The notes beneath the pieces were generated by a model, which did no database searches, had not been told where the DNA came from, and worked only from the letters and a program-made list of their open reading frames with translations. A program made the translations under genes and the position numbers. DNA of 63,962 nucleotides, filler included, from Candidatus Hydrogenedentota bacterium (GTDB taxonomy: Bacteria > JBFMHD01): NCBI GenBank assembly GCA_040752395.1. It is 10 parts of 10 records of this genome, joined end to end, with 100 filler letters (N's around TTAATTAATTAA, not from the genome) between each part and the next. Parts side by side here need not be neighbours in the genome. Positions count along the whole stretch, not along the records: positions 1 to 4,955 come from JBFMHD010000208.1; positions 5,056 to 9,988 come from JBFMHD010000209.1; 8 more parts are not named here. One strand, written 5' to 3'. How positions within the stretch are numbered: the stretch's first letter is position 1; every line of letters begins with the position of its first letter. Positions 1 to 10,088 of the stretch are shown piece after piece.

Positions 1-97
1 CCCAAGAACCCAAGAACCCCATAGTGTAGAGCGCAAGAACGCAATATTCTATAGCTAAACCCACGCTCATGTTGACTCCTTCGAAAAACTTTGTGGT
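1..97. repeat. Mosaic intergenic repeat (ACCCAAGA units, GTGTAGAGCGCAA motif, ACTCCTTCGAAAAA end)
   Basis: The same modules recur at about 29079-29131, 40296-40390, 42065-42105 and, reversed, 59639-59679. Confidence 0.75.
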
Positions 98-1612
98 TTA
101 TTCCCACTCGATTGATGCTGGTGGTTTTGTTGAGACATCGTAAAGTATCCTGTTAATGCCTTTGACATTATTCAATATTTCTTTAGAAATACGATTAAGA
201 ATATCAAGTGGTATCCTGGACCAGTCAGCGGTCATACCATCAGAGCTATCAACACATCGTAAAGATAATGCATATTCATACGAGCGTTCATCACCTTTTA
301 TACCAACAGTTTTACAATCTAATAATACACATAGCGCCTGCCAGATTTTATCATACCATCCCGTTTCTTTAAGAAGCCTGACAAAAATATAATCAGCTTC
401 GCGCAGTATCTTTAATTTATCTTCTGTGATGCAGCCAAGGATACGGACAGCGAGTCCTGGTCCTGGGAATGGATGTCTTTTTAAGATAGTATCAGGTATA
501 TTTAGTTCTTTACCTAATTTTCTGACCTCATCTTTGAAAAGTTCGCATAATGGTTCGATAACTCGTCCCTCGCTTTTGAGTTTTAAAATCTTATCAACCC
601 TGTTATGATGAGTTTTAATCCGCGAAGCCACTGAGCCACTTGTTGCACTCTCAATAACATCAGGATAGAGTGTTCCCTGGGCTAATACTTCAATTTCGCC
701 TGCCACTTCAAAAAACAGATCAAAAAAGGTATTACCAATGATTTCTCTTTTTTCTTCGGGTTCCTGGACATTCTTGAGATTTTTAATAAATCTACTACTA
801 TAATTAAATGTCTTAATCTCTATACCAAGGAGCTTAAAATTCTCTATAACCTCTATTTTCTCATTTTTACGTAATAATCCGGTATCAATAAATACCGGTA
901 TCACCCTGACTCCACTCTTTCTGAGTAATACACAAAGAACCGTAGAATCCACCCCACCTGATACTGCACAGATTACTTTTCTACCTCTGACTTTATCCTG
1001 TATCTCTTTTTGCAGTTCACTTACATAATCGGCCATATTGAATTGTTTCAAGTTGGCTTGTAAAGATAGAAAATTTTTTAATATGGTGCTACCGTGTTCT
1101 GTATGAGAGACCTCAGGATGAAACTGGATACCATAAATATTCTCTTCGAATTTTATAGCTGCAGGAATACCTTTTTCATTAACAGCGAGCAGATAACCAT
1201 TCCCACCTATTCTTACAATAGAATCAGAATGACTCATCCAGACATTTAAATTTTCAGGAACATTATTAAAAATTTTATTTCTATATCTAATTTGTATTCT
1301 CGAAGGTCCATACTCTTTTATTTCTTCACTCCTTACGATGCCACCATACTTCACATTGAGTAATTGCATACCATAACAGATTCCAAGTATCGGGATATTC
1401 AATTTTTTAAAAAGTTTTAAATCTATATCCAGTGCGTCTTTATCAGAAACACTTTTGGGTCCGCCTGAAAGTATCACAGCAGAAACACTATTTAAAGTAT
1501 TAATATCATCAGGTTGATAAAGTTTGACAAAATAACCGAGTTCACGGACCCGCCTGACTATAAGTTGTGAATATTGAGAACCATAATCTATCACAGCGAT
1601 TTGTGCTTCCAT
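98..1612 (-). CDS. guaA: GMP synthase (glutamine-hydrolysing)
   Basis: DYGSQY, GICYGMQ, QFHPEV, SGGVDS, QGTLYPDVIES, HPFPGPGLAVR, KPPASIEWE motifs. Confidence 0.98.
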   Translation of the reverse strand: MEAQIAVIDYGSQYSQLIVRRVRELGYFVKLYQPDDINTLNSVSAVILSGGPKSVSDKDALDIDLKLFKKLNIPILGICYGMQLLNVKYGGIVRSEEIKEYGPSRIQIRYRNKIFNNVPENLNVWMSHSDSIVRIGGNGYLLAVNEKGIPAAIKFEENIYGIQFHPEVSHTEHGSTILKNFLSLQANLKQFNMADYVSELQKEIQDKVRGRKVICAVSGGVDSTVLCVLLRKSGVRVIPVFIDTGLLRKNEKIEVIENFKLLGIEIKTFNYSSRFIKNLKNVQEPEEKREIIGNTFFDLFFEVAGEIEVLAQGTLYPDVIESATSGSVASRIKTHHNRVDKILKLKSEGRVIEPLCELFKDEVRKLGKELNIPDTILKRHPFPGPGLAVRILGCITEDKLKILREADYIFVRLLKETGWYDKIWQALCVLLDCKTVGIKGDERSYEYALSLRCVDSSDGMTADWSRIPLDILNRISKEILNNVKGINRILYDVSTKPPASIEWE

Positions 1613-1613
1613 A

Positions 1614-3077
1614 TTATTCCTGCCATCCTGTATAATTTAGAGGGTCTTCAGTTATAATAACATCGTGTGGATGACTTTCTTTAAGACCTGCTTTAGTCAC
1701 TTTTATAAATTTTGCTTTTTCTTTTAGTTCTTTAATATTTTTAGCGCCGATATATCCCATCCCTGCTTTAACGCCACCCATTAATTGAAAAATGTTAGCA
1801 CTGAGACTGCCTTTAAAAGGGACTCTTCCCTCAATACCTTCAGGCACAAGTTTGCCTGATGAGTTTTGACTGTATCTATCAGATGAACCTTTTTTCATCG
1901 AGGCTACTGAGCCCATACCACGATACTCTTTAAAAGTTCTTCCTTGAAAGATAATCGTCTTTCCCGGACTCTCTTCGGTACCTGCAAAAAGTGAACCTAT
2001 CATTACAGAGGAAGCTCCACAGGCAAGCGCCTTTAATATATCTCCAGAGTATCTGATACCGCCGTCAGCTATAAAAGGGATCTCTCTTTTATTGCATATT
2101 TTTGCAGCGTTCATAATCGAGGTCAATTGGGGCACTCCAACCCCTGAAATTACTCTCGTTGTGCAAATCGAACCAGGTCCTAAACCGACTTTTATGCCAG
2201 AAGCACCTGCTTCTATTAAAGCAAGACAACCCTCTTCTGTTACAACATTACCTGCTATAGTAGGTACATTTTTAAATTCTTCTTTTAATATTCTAAGTTT
2301 CTCAATAACTATTCTGGTATGTGCTGTTGCTGCATCAATAACCAGACAATCACACCCGCTCTTAATAAGATTTTCTGCTCTTTCTATACAATCTTCACCA
2401 ACACCTAAAGCGCCTCCGACCCTCAATCTACCATCACTATCCTTACAGGCTAACGGATACATCTCACTCTTTTCTATATCTTTAACAGTAATCAATCCCT
2501 TTAAGACGCTGTTTTCGTCAACAAGCGGCAACTTTTCTATCCTGTTTTTATAAAGAATCTCTTTTGCTTCTTTCATAGTTATAGTAGATTTAGCAGTAAC
2601 CAATTTATCTTTTCCTGTCATAACATCTTTTATCTTAATATTATTATCCTCTACAAACCTGATATCTCTTCTTGTAATAATGCCTACAAGGATGTCATTT
2701 TCGCATACAACAGGAAAACCCGATATCTGTTTTTCAGCCATTATTCTCTTTAGTTCGCCAATAGAGAGATCAGGTGTAACAGTAACAGGGTCAGAAATTA
2801 TAGTACTTTCTGATCGTTTCACATTTTCGATAAACTTGCTCTGTTCTTTTATAGAACAATTTCTATGAATAACACCTATCCCACCCTCACGTGCTAAAGC
2901 TATCGCAAGTTTATCTTCAGTAACAGTATCCATAGCAGCAGAGACCACAGGGATATTCATTTTTATTTCAGTAGTAAGATTAGTTGATAAATCTATCTCT
3001 GAGGGTAAAATCTCACTGTACTGGGGTATAATCATTACATCATCAAAACTTAAACCTTCACTGATATCCATTAGCAT
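1614..3077 (-). CDS. guaB: IMP dehydrogenase
   Basis: SAAMDTVTE, CBS pair, GPGSICTTR catalytic loop, YRGMGS, ESHPHD; adjacent to guaA. Confidence 0.98.
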   Translation of the reverse strand: MLMDISEGLSFDDVMIIPQYSEILPSEIDLSTNLTTEIKMNIPVVSAAMDTVTEDKLAIALAREGGIGVIHRNCSIKEQSKFIENVKRSESTIISDPVTVTPDLSIGELKRIMAEKQISGFPVVCENDILVGIITRRDIRFVEDNNIKIKDVMTGKDKLVTAKSTITMKEAKEILYKNRIEKLPLVDENSVLKGLITVKDIEKSEMYPLACKDSDGRLRVGGALGVGEDCIERAENLIKSGCDCLVIDAATAHTRIVIEKLRILKEEFKNVPTIAGNVVTEEGCLALIEAGASGIKVGLGPGSICTTRVISGVGVPQLTSIMNAAKICNKREIPFIADGGIRYSGDILKALACGASSVMIGSLFAGTEESPGKTIIFQGRTFKEYRGMGSVASMKKGSSDRYSQNSSGKLVPEGIEGRVPFKGSLSANIFQLMGGVKAGMGYIGAKNIKELKEKAKFIKVTKAGLKESHPHDVIITEDPLNYTGWQE

Positions 3078-3084
3078 CTCCTTC

Positions 3085-3352
3085 TATGAAAAGAAGCAAG
3101 AAGCAAGATAACGGAAGAAGTGAGAAGTATCAGGACAGACTTCAGATTGCAGACCACAGGCTACAGGCTACGGACCACAGCCGGCTGGAGCCAAAAGCCC
3201 AAAGCCAGCTGAAAAGTCTTGAGTCTTGAGTCTTGAGTCTCGAGTCCTGTTTTGACTCACGACTCTTTTCATATCATTTTTAGTTTTTCATCCTTTGTGC
3301 CTTTGTGCCTTTACCTCCTGACTCTCGACTCTTTGACTTCATAAACTGATTT
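3085..3352. repeat. Mosaic heptamer/palindrome repeat copy
   Basis: AAGAAGC, GGCTACA and GAGTCTT tandem units; CAGCCGGCTG palindrome at 3178-3187; near-identical to 4757-4955. Confidence 0.9.
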
Positions 3353-3939
3353 CATATCATCTTCTTTGTTCCTGGCCGTTCTGCAGGTATCCCCTGCTTG
3401 CATAAAGGGCACTCATCTTGATTATATACAGGAAAATTCAGTTCTATTATTGATTCTATCTTATATTCACCGAGATACTTTTTACCTGTTCTATTGACAA
3501 TCGTAAATATCCCGGCAATAATGCCTTTATTCTGAATAACTATATCTTTTAGTTCGTCAATTGTGCCGCCAGTTGTCATTACATCCTCAACTAATAAAAT
3601 CCGTTCATCATTTTTTATAGTAAACCCACGTTTCAGGACCATTTTATTGTTGTTATCTCTTTCTGCAAATATAGCCTTGCAATCAAATAATGCGCCGAGT
3701 TCCTGTCCTACGGGGATACCGCCGATTGCAGCTGATAGAACAGTATCTATTTTAATTCTATTCTGTAATTCAAAAGCTTTATCAAAAAGAAGCGAGATCA
3801 ATCGCCTGGGATATTGTGCAAGCAAAGCAACCTGAACATAATTTGCGCTATGTTTACCACTTGCAAGTATAAAATGGCCTTCAAGTAAAGCACCGCATCC
3901 TTTAAATATCTCTAATATCTTATCATTTGATTGCATCAT
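3352..3939 (-). CDS. pyrE: Orotate phosphoribosyltransferase
   Basis: GHFILASGKHS and PRPP-binding LLVEDVMTTGG motifs; overlaps pyrF. Confidence 0.95.
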   Translation of the reverse strand: MMQSNDKILEIFKGCGALLEGHFILASGKHSANYVQVALLAQYPRRLISLLFDKAFELQNRIKIDTVLSAAIGGIPVGQELGALFDCKAIFAERDNNNKMVLKRGFTIKNDERILLVEDVMTTGGTIDELKDIVIQNKGIIAGIFTIVNRTGKKYLGEYKIESIIELNFPVYNQDECPLCKQGIPAERPGTKKMI

Positions 3940-4708
3940 TAATTAACTCCCTATATTTTTTCGCTCTCTGTTTAAAACTTAATTCATCATCACTAAATAA
4001 TATACTTCGCGAAACATTTATAACCACAGGGCTCTCCATTTTTTTTATCAATTTAGATACTGGTTTTAGTTCACCGGCCTGGCTGCCGATCCCTGGCACA
4101 AGTAAAGGGACGTCAGGTATCTTTTTTATTAATTCTTGATTTATATTCGTTGCACCGATAACAAGCCCTATACCTGTTTTAGAATTCTCTAATAATCGCA
4201 GCATCTCAATCACATAATCAAATACTCTCCTATCACTTTTTACCTTATTACTTACTTTCAACATCTGTATATCTCTCGCACTACGATTTGAGGTGATCCC
4301 AAGTAAGTAAACCCCTTTACCTTCATAATTTAAAAAAGGTTCTATTGAATCTCGGCCAAGATATGGATTTAAAGTTACAGCATCTACATTTAATCTTTCA
4401 AAATAAGCTTTAGCATAATATCTCTGTGTTTGTGGGATATCACCTCTTTTAACATCGAGTATCACAGGGATATCTTTTGGTATCTCTTTTATAAGCTGGT
4501 ATAATATCTCATAGCCAGCGATACCAAGTGCTTCATAATAAGCGATATTAGGTTTATAACAGGCGGCAAATTCATTGGTTTGTGCTACAACTTTAATTAA
4601 AAACTTTAAAATATCACCCTTTATTAATTCTTCTCTTGGGTCAAGTCCGACACATAAATGAGAATTAATATTTTTTATTCTCAAACTCAATCTCTCATCG
4701 AATCGCAT
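3923..4708 (-). CDS. pyrF: Orotidine-5'-phosphate decarboxylase
   Basis: LCVGLDP, YKPNIAYYE, DVKRGDI, LVPGIGSQ, NVSRSI motifs. Confidence 0.95.
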   Translation of the reverse strand: MRFDERLSLRIKNINSHLCVGLDPREELIKGDILKFLIKVVAQTNEFAACYKPNIAYYEALGIAGYEILYQLIKEIPKDIPVILDVKRGDIPQTQRYYAKAYFERLNVDAVTLNPYLGRDSIEPFLNYEGKGVYLLGITSNRSARDIQMLKVSNKVKSDRRVFDYVIEMLRLLENSKTGIGLVIGATNINQELIKKIPDVPLLVPGIGSQAGELKPVSKLIKKMESPVVINVSRSILFSDDELSFKQRAKKYRELINDAIK

Positions 4709-4713
4709 ATCAA

Positions 4714-4955
4714 CTCCTCTGAAAAACGCTGTAACTCTAATAATTCGGGGTACAGGCTACGGGCTACGGACTACAGCCGGCTGGAGCCAAAAGCCCAAAG
4801 CCTGCTGAAAAGTCTTGAGTCTCGAGTCCTGTTTTGACTCACGACTTGCGACTTGCGACTCACGACTCTTTTCATATCATTTTTAGTTTTTCATCCTTTG
4901 TGCCTTTGTGCCTTTCCCTCCTGACTCTCGACTCTTTGACTTCATAAACTGATTT
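4714..4955. repeat. Mosaic repeat copy; its end supplies the pyrF Shine-Dalgarno
   Basis: CTCCTCTGAAAAAC...TGTAACTCTAATAAT end; CAGCCGGCTG at 4774-4783; runs to the contig end. Confidence 0.9.
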
Positions 4956-5055
4956 NNNNNNNNNNNNNNNNNNNNNNNNNNNNNNNNNNNNNNNNNNNNT
5001 TAATTAATTAANNNNNNNNNNNNNNNNNNNNNNNNNNNNNNNNNNNNNNNNNNNN
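4956..5055. other. Artificial contig linker; also at 9989-10088, 30123-30222, 35156-35255, 40169-40268, 45120-45219, 50059-50158, 54961-55060, 59767-59866
   Basis: Identical 100-nt N44-TTAATTAATTAA-N44 blocks with stops in all six frames. Confidence 0.98.
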
Positions 5056-5057
5056 AT

Positions 5058-8000
5058 ATAATAAGGCGTAGTGATGGTTCGTATGTGCGAGGGATATCGC
5101 CATCAGTTAATGGAGATACAGTATATTGTGATTGGAACAACTGGCCGGACCCTGTTGTGAATTTAAGTGCGCAAGCAACTGGAGAGGAGACAGTAGTAAT
5201 AACATTTAGTCAGCCACAGGATGCAGATGATAGAAAGGATCATTACAAGTATCGGATATATCGGAGTACTGATCCCATGGATACAGGTTATGAATTAATA
5301 ACGAGTTTAGATACAAGTATAACTACCTATACAGATAGCGGGTTAATAACAGGTGTTACATATTATTATCGAGTGACAACAGTAGATACAGGTGATAGCA
5401 AGCTTGAGGGCAGGTATAGCGCAAGAGCAGGAGCACGACCCGATGTACCGGTTAATGTGATTTTTAATGTTGATGCAGGATTATTAGACCCGGATACAGC
5501 TGTGATGCTTGGAGGCAACTCACCTTTATCAGGCTGGGGGAATAGTGCAAGTATTATGACAGATACAGATGGTGACGGGATATGGACAGTAACAATAGAG
5601 AATATAATAAATGGTAGTAATTTAGAATACAAATATTTATTTGATGGTCAGTATTACGAGGAATTAGCAGGTGGCGGGAATCGAACAATAACAGTAGATA
5701 CGAACATACCTGGGGCGATGCTTATTTATAACAACTGGGGCGAGACACCCTCTGCACCAGTTCTAACGTATAATGTTGATAGTGGTGTGATAATACTTTA
5801 CTTTACAGTTCCTGACTATGATGTGAATAGGTTCAAGGTTTATAGAAAACCAAGCTCCGGGAATTACTCATTAATCTCAGATATAAGTTATACTTATGCT
5901 CTTAAAGTTGGTAATCAAGTTACATATACAGATACGAATGTAATTGTTGGAGAGACTTATACTTATGTAGTAAAAGCTGTTGATAGTACAGATTCATTGC
6001 TTGAGAGTGATAGTTCTAATACAATCACAACAACGCCTGGTTATTTAGGTGATGTTACCTTCAGGGTATGTGTGGGTACTAATCCTGATATAATAAAAGT
6101 TAATATGGCAGGTAATTTTAACAACTGGTCTGTGTTCCCTGATGAGATGACACGAGATACTGCTAATCCTGATTACTGGTATATAACAAAGCAATTAGTA
6201 GTTGGTAAACTATATTATTATAAATATGTGATTAACAATTCTATATGGGAATCGAGTTTTGCTACTACTTCAGGGAACAGGGAGGTTTATATCAGTGTTT
6301 TAAATATAAACAACTGGGAAGATACACCAGATGCACCAGAGATAGATGTTTACTCAGAGAGCGGCAGTGTACAAATTATTATAGATAATTATCCAATGGA
6401 TTGTAAAGAGTTCAGGATTTATCGGACTGATAGCGGATTAATAGCGATTACTTCTGAGACCACTTATTATGATTATAATGTTAATGTTAATGATACGTAT
6501 TATTATTATGTTGTCACAGTTGATTATGGAGGGTTATGGAGTGATAGCAGTAATATAGATTCAGCTGTTCCCGGGATAATGATTCATTTATATGTTTATC
6601 TTGATATCAAGGATGCGTTAAACAGTGGTTTAATAACAGATGAGAATGGCATCTCATTTGTTGGGCTTGAATATCCATTGGTAACAGATACTGATAAATC
6701 GAGGATGACAAAGGTTGAGCCAGGGGTTTATCTTTTCGATACCTGGATAATCTCGAATTCATTAATTAGATATATTTTTGTTGCTAATCCACTAACGAGT
6801 AATCAAAAAGTAGAAGAATACAAATATGAGTTCTCATATTATGCTCCATCAGCAAGTAGTGTATATGTCGCTGGTACATTTAACAACTGGGATATACAAG
6901 CGTTCCCGTTATCAAATGATGGCAGTGGTACCTGGGTCGGATATATATATTTATCACCGGGGTATTATGAATATAAATTTATAATAAATGGTAACTGGGA
7001 GGGTGGTAATAATAGGTCGTTTACAATAGAGAATAGAAAAGCAGTAATAGGAAACATATTGGGTCTTGGTATTTATAAAATCTATAATACCTGGGGAGAA
7101 TCCTATGATATATATCCAGGTGCTCCGGATGGTATAAGTTATTATATATCAGATTCAACAGTAGCGATTGGTTGGGTTCAAAGTAAAGAGTTTGATGTTG
7201 CTGGTTATTCAATCTACCGCTCAACTGATGCTACGATTACAGAAGGTGATTTAGTAGCCTGGGTAATAAATGATACTTATTATTTTGAGACTGGTTTATT
7301 ACCTGGCCAGACTTATTATTATGCATTAAAAGCAATAGATTTTGCGACGAATTCTGGTGAGTTATCAGAGGTACAGAAGATTCAGCTTATAGATACAGGA
7401 GCGAGCTGGCGGAAATACATTCTTGGTGATTTACTTACTATAACGGTTGGAGAAAAAGATGTTCCGCGTATCTGGCGGTTTCGTGGTGTGAGATGGGGAT
7501 TAATAAATGAGTTAGCTTTGTTTAAGGAAGAATTTAATACCGTAAAGAATAAGATAGATAATGCGAACAAAGAGATAATTTATTCAAGTATGTTAAAATT
7601 TATCTCTGGTCTTTCTGCTTCTGATACGCTTAACCCTATATGCTGGGTCGAGTTTTATGATACTGCGATGGATGTAATCCATAATTTTAACGATTCACTG
7701 GTTATAGTATTTTCAGCTCCAAAATCGTTACCTTCTGATGTAAACCCGGCTTCACTTGCACCTTATGTATTGAATGAGAATTCTGCAAGATGGGAGAGGC
7801 TTGATGGCTATTCGACTACAACATCAGGGACAATAACTTTAACAAGGTATCAGAATTCGATATATATAATAGTAGGTGTTCCTGGTGCGTTAAATGATCT
7901 CTCACAGCTTATTGTATTTCCAAACCCGTTTTACAAGCACAAATCGGTCTCAGGTTATGTGCATTTTATCAACATCCCGCCGGATTTTGAATACATAAAG

Positions 8001-8189
8001 ATTTTCAATGTAGCAGGCGAGCTTGTATCTTCGAGGTACAGGCAGGATGCGAACCCGCAGGGTAATAACATAGAGCTTCGCTGGGATATAAAGAACGATG
8101 CAGGTCGAGAGGTAGCAAGCGGCATGTATATTTATTATATAAAAACAGCGCGTGATAAACGGATAGGTAAGATCGGGATAATAAAATGA
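5058..8189 (+). CDS. Large secreted multi-module protein (5'-partial): FN3 repeats, CBM20/CBM48-like starch/glycogen-binding modules, C-terminal FlgD-Ig/T9SS-like sorting domain
   Basis: Frame open to the contig edge; YYYRVTTVD-type FN3 motifs; VYVAGTFNNW...GYYEYKFIING CBM48-like motif; C-terminal FPNPF...IFNVAGELV...WDIKNDAGREVASGMYIY...KIGIIK. Confidence 0.8.
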   Translation: MIRRSDGSYVRGISPSVNGDTVYCDWNNWPDPVVNLSAQATGEETVVITFSQPQDADDRKDHYKYRIYRSTDPMDTGYELITSLDTSITTYTDSGLITGVTYYYRVTTVDTGDSKLEGRYSARAGARPDVPVNVIFNVDAGLLDPDTAVMLGGNSPLSGWGNSASIMTDTDGDGIWTVTIENIINGSNLEYKYLFDGQYYEELAGGGNRTITVDTNIPGAMLIYNNWGETPSAPVLTYNVDSGVIILYFTVPDYDVNRFKVYRKPSSGNYSLISDISYTYALKVGNQVTYTDTNVIVGETYTYVVKAVDSTDSLLESDSSNTITTTPGYLGDVTFRVCVGTNPDIIKVNMAGNFNNWSVFPDEMTRDTANPDYWYITKQLVVGKLYYYKYVINNSIWESSFATTSGNREVYISVLNINNWEDTPDAPEIDVYSESGSVQIIIDNYPMDCKEFRIYRTDSGLIAITSETTYYDYNVNVNDTYYYYVVTVDYGGLWSDSSNIDSAVPGIMIHLYVYLDIKDALNSGLITDENGISFVGLEYPLVTDTDKSRMTKVEPGVYLFDTWIISNSLIRYIFVANPLTSNQKVEEYKYEFSYYAPSASSVYVAGTFNNWDIQAFPLSNDGSGTWVGYIYLSPGYYEYKFIINGNWEGGNNRSFTIENRKAVIGNILGLGIYKIYNTWGESYDIYPGAPDGISYYISDSTVAIGWVQSKEFDVAGYSIYRSTDATITEGDLVAWVINDTYYFETGLLPGQTYYYALKAIDFATNSGELSEVQKIQLIDTGASWRKYILGDLLTITVGEKDVPRIWRFRGVRWGLINELALFKEEFNTVKNKIDNANKEIIYSSMLKFISGLSASDTLNPICWVEFYDTAMDVIHNFNDSLVIVFSAPKSLPSDVNPASLAPYVLNENSARWERLDGYSTTTSGTITLTRYQNSIYIIVGVPGALNDLSQLIVFPNPFYKHKSVSGYVHFINIPPDFEYIKIFNVAGELVSSRYRQDANPQGNNIELRWDIKNDAGREVASGMYIYYIKTARDKRIGKIGIIK

Positions 8190-9934
8190 GAAGCAAGATA
8201 ACGGAAAAGCAAGATAACGAAAAAGGCAAGATGCAAGAAAAGAAAAACAGAAGACAAGAAGTAAGAAAAATTAGAAGAAAAAGGGAAGGAATTAATGTCA
8301 CTTTTTCTTGTTTCTTGCTTCTTGCTTCTTGCTTCTTGCTTCTTGCTCCTCTTCATGCAAGTAGTGGTAATCGAGGCACGTCAGCTTGTAATTTCTTAAA
8401 GCTCGGGTTTGGGGCTCGACCATCTGGTATGGGTGAAGCATTCTCTGCGGTCGATGGCGATATCAATACTGTATACTGGAACCCGGCCGGGTTATATTCG
8501 CTTGATAAATTTGATGTATCGTTTATGTACCTCGATTGGTTCGCCAGGATTGATTATCATATGCTATCGTTTGCAATGCCGATTAAAAATAAGATGTCAT
8601 TTGGTACCACTGTAGGGCTACTTGATTATGGTGAAACAGAGAAGACTATTGAGGCGACAGGTGGCGGTTATGGCGGAACAGTCGGGACATATTCTGCGTA
8701 TGATAGAGAATTAAAGCTCTCGTTCGCTTATTTATTTGATTTTGACAACTGGATTTTGCCTGTGGGACTGAATTTAAAATATTTATATCAAAAAATAGAT
8801 TTAGCTTCAGCATCAGGTGGCGCAGTGGATTTCGGGTTACAGTTTAGACTGAAGAAATGGGAGCATTTCTCATTTGGGTTAGTGTTACAGAATATAGGGA
8901 CAATGAGCAGTTTTGATTTAGAAAAAGACCCGTTACCCTTTAATGTAAAAGGTGGCATACTCTTCAGTGGATTTAGAGATAAATTACATCTTGTATCAGA
9001 TGTAAACATACCACGAGATAACACTGCTTATATTAATTTAGGTGCTGAGTATTATTTTCTTGAGAGAGCAGATGATTTGAATTTTGCATTAAGAGCAGGT
9101 TATTCAAGTCTTAAAAACAGGACTGACAGAGAAGGGTTTACTCTCGGCGCAGGGTTTAGTTACAAAGATTTAGAGATAGATTATGCTTTTCTACCGTTCG
9201 AGTTACTCGGGAACACTCACAGAGTCTCGATTAATTATCAGTTTGGGCCATCACGTGGCAAGAAAATAGAAGAACTAAAGGCTAAACTCGCATTAAAAGA
9301 GGCAGAAGCAGAAGAAATAAAAGAGAAAATCATAAAAAAGGAACCAAAAGAGAAACCAGAACATCTTATTACTTTTGTAACTGATGATGGTGAGGCTATT
9401 TTTGTATTCCAGGATAGGGGATTTAAGAAGGTTGGTGTAGCAGGTGATTTTAATAACTGGGATTATACAAAGAACATTATGAAACTCGAGAGTGATTTTA
9501 AATGGAGGACAAAAATAAAATTAGAAGAGGGTAGATACAAGTACAAATTTGTTGTGAATGATTTGTACTGGATTGAGGATAAAAATAATAAAAACAGGGA
9601 ATCAGATGGTATAGGTGGCTATCACTCTGTGATAGAGTACTATAAAGAGAAAGGACCGGCCTCTCCGATTATTGAGGTTACGGAGTCTACTGCGATTGCC
9701 CCGCCAGCTCCAGAACCAAAGCCCATCGGAGAGGCCCCGGCCTCTAAGAAAAAAACAAAAAAAGATTTCCTTGATTCTGCACTCGAAAATATTAATAATT
9801 GCAAGTATGAAGAGGCATTGCGTGATATAATCGAGGTTATGAAGATGGACCCGATGGATGAAGATGCGTTATCAATGTCCATTCGCATAAGAAAAGTGAT
9901 CAGAATAATGAAAGAGACAAAAGAGAAGAGATAG
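8186..9934 (+). CDS. PorV/PorQ-family outer-membrane beta-barrel fused to a CBM48-like domain and a C-terminal TPR-like helix pair
   Basis: FLKLGFGARPSGMGEAF, YWNPAGL, IDYAF...LGNTHRVS PorV-family motifs; VAGDFNNW...GRYKYKFVVN; ATGA overlap with the upstream gene. Confidence 0.82.
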   Translation: MRSKITEKQDNEKGKMQEKKNRRQEVRKIRRKREGINVTFSCFLLLASCFLLLAPLHASSGNRGTSACNFLKLGFGARPSGMGEAFSAVDGDINTVYWNPAGLYSLDKFDVSFMYLDWFARIDYHMLSFAMPIKNKMSFGTTVGLLDYGETEKTIEATGGGYGGTVGTYSAYDRELKLSFAYLFDFDNWILPVGLNLKYLYQKIDLASASGGAVDFGLQFRLKKWEHFSFGLVLQNIGTMSSFDLEKDPLPFNVKGGILFSGFRDKLHLVSDVNIPRDNTAYINLGAEYYFLERADDLNFALRAGYSSLKNRTDREGFTLGAGFSYKDLEIDYAFLPFELLGNTHRVSINYQFGPSRGKKIEELKAKLALKEAEAEEIKEKIIKKEPKEKPEHLITFVTDDGEAIFVFQDRGFKKVGVAGDFNNWDYTKNIMKLESDFKWRTKIKLEEGRYKYKFVVNDLYWIEDKNNKNRESDGIGGYHSVIEYYKEKGPASPIIEVTESTAIAPPAPEPKPIGEAPASKKKTKKDFLDSALENINNCKYEEALRDIIEVMKMDPMDEDALSMSIRIRKVIRIMKETKEKR

Positions 9935-9988
9935 TATACTGCTCCCCTGAAACGTGAGACACTTTAAAGGGGAGGAAAAGAGGCACAA
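9935..9988 (+). mobile_element. Probable IS3-family terminal inverted repeat at the contig end
   Basis: TACTGCTCCCC-TGAAACGT-GAGACA resembles IS3-family ends; related copy TGTAGTGCTCCCC-GTTTGTC-GAGACA at about 10943-10968. Confidence 0.45.
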
Positions 9989-10088
9989 NNNNNNNNNNNN
10001 NNNNNNNNNNNNNNNNNNNNNNNNNNNNNNNNTTAATTAATTAANNNNNNNNNNNNNNNNNNNNNNNNNNNNNNNNNNNNNNNNNNNN

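Noticed and set aside
4956-5055. TTAATTAATTAA palindrome recurring about every 5 kb
   Set aside because: Always centred in N-runs of fixed length, so it is an artificial contig linker
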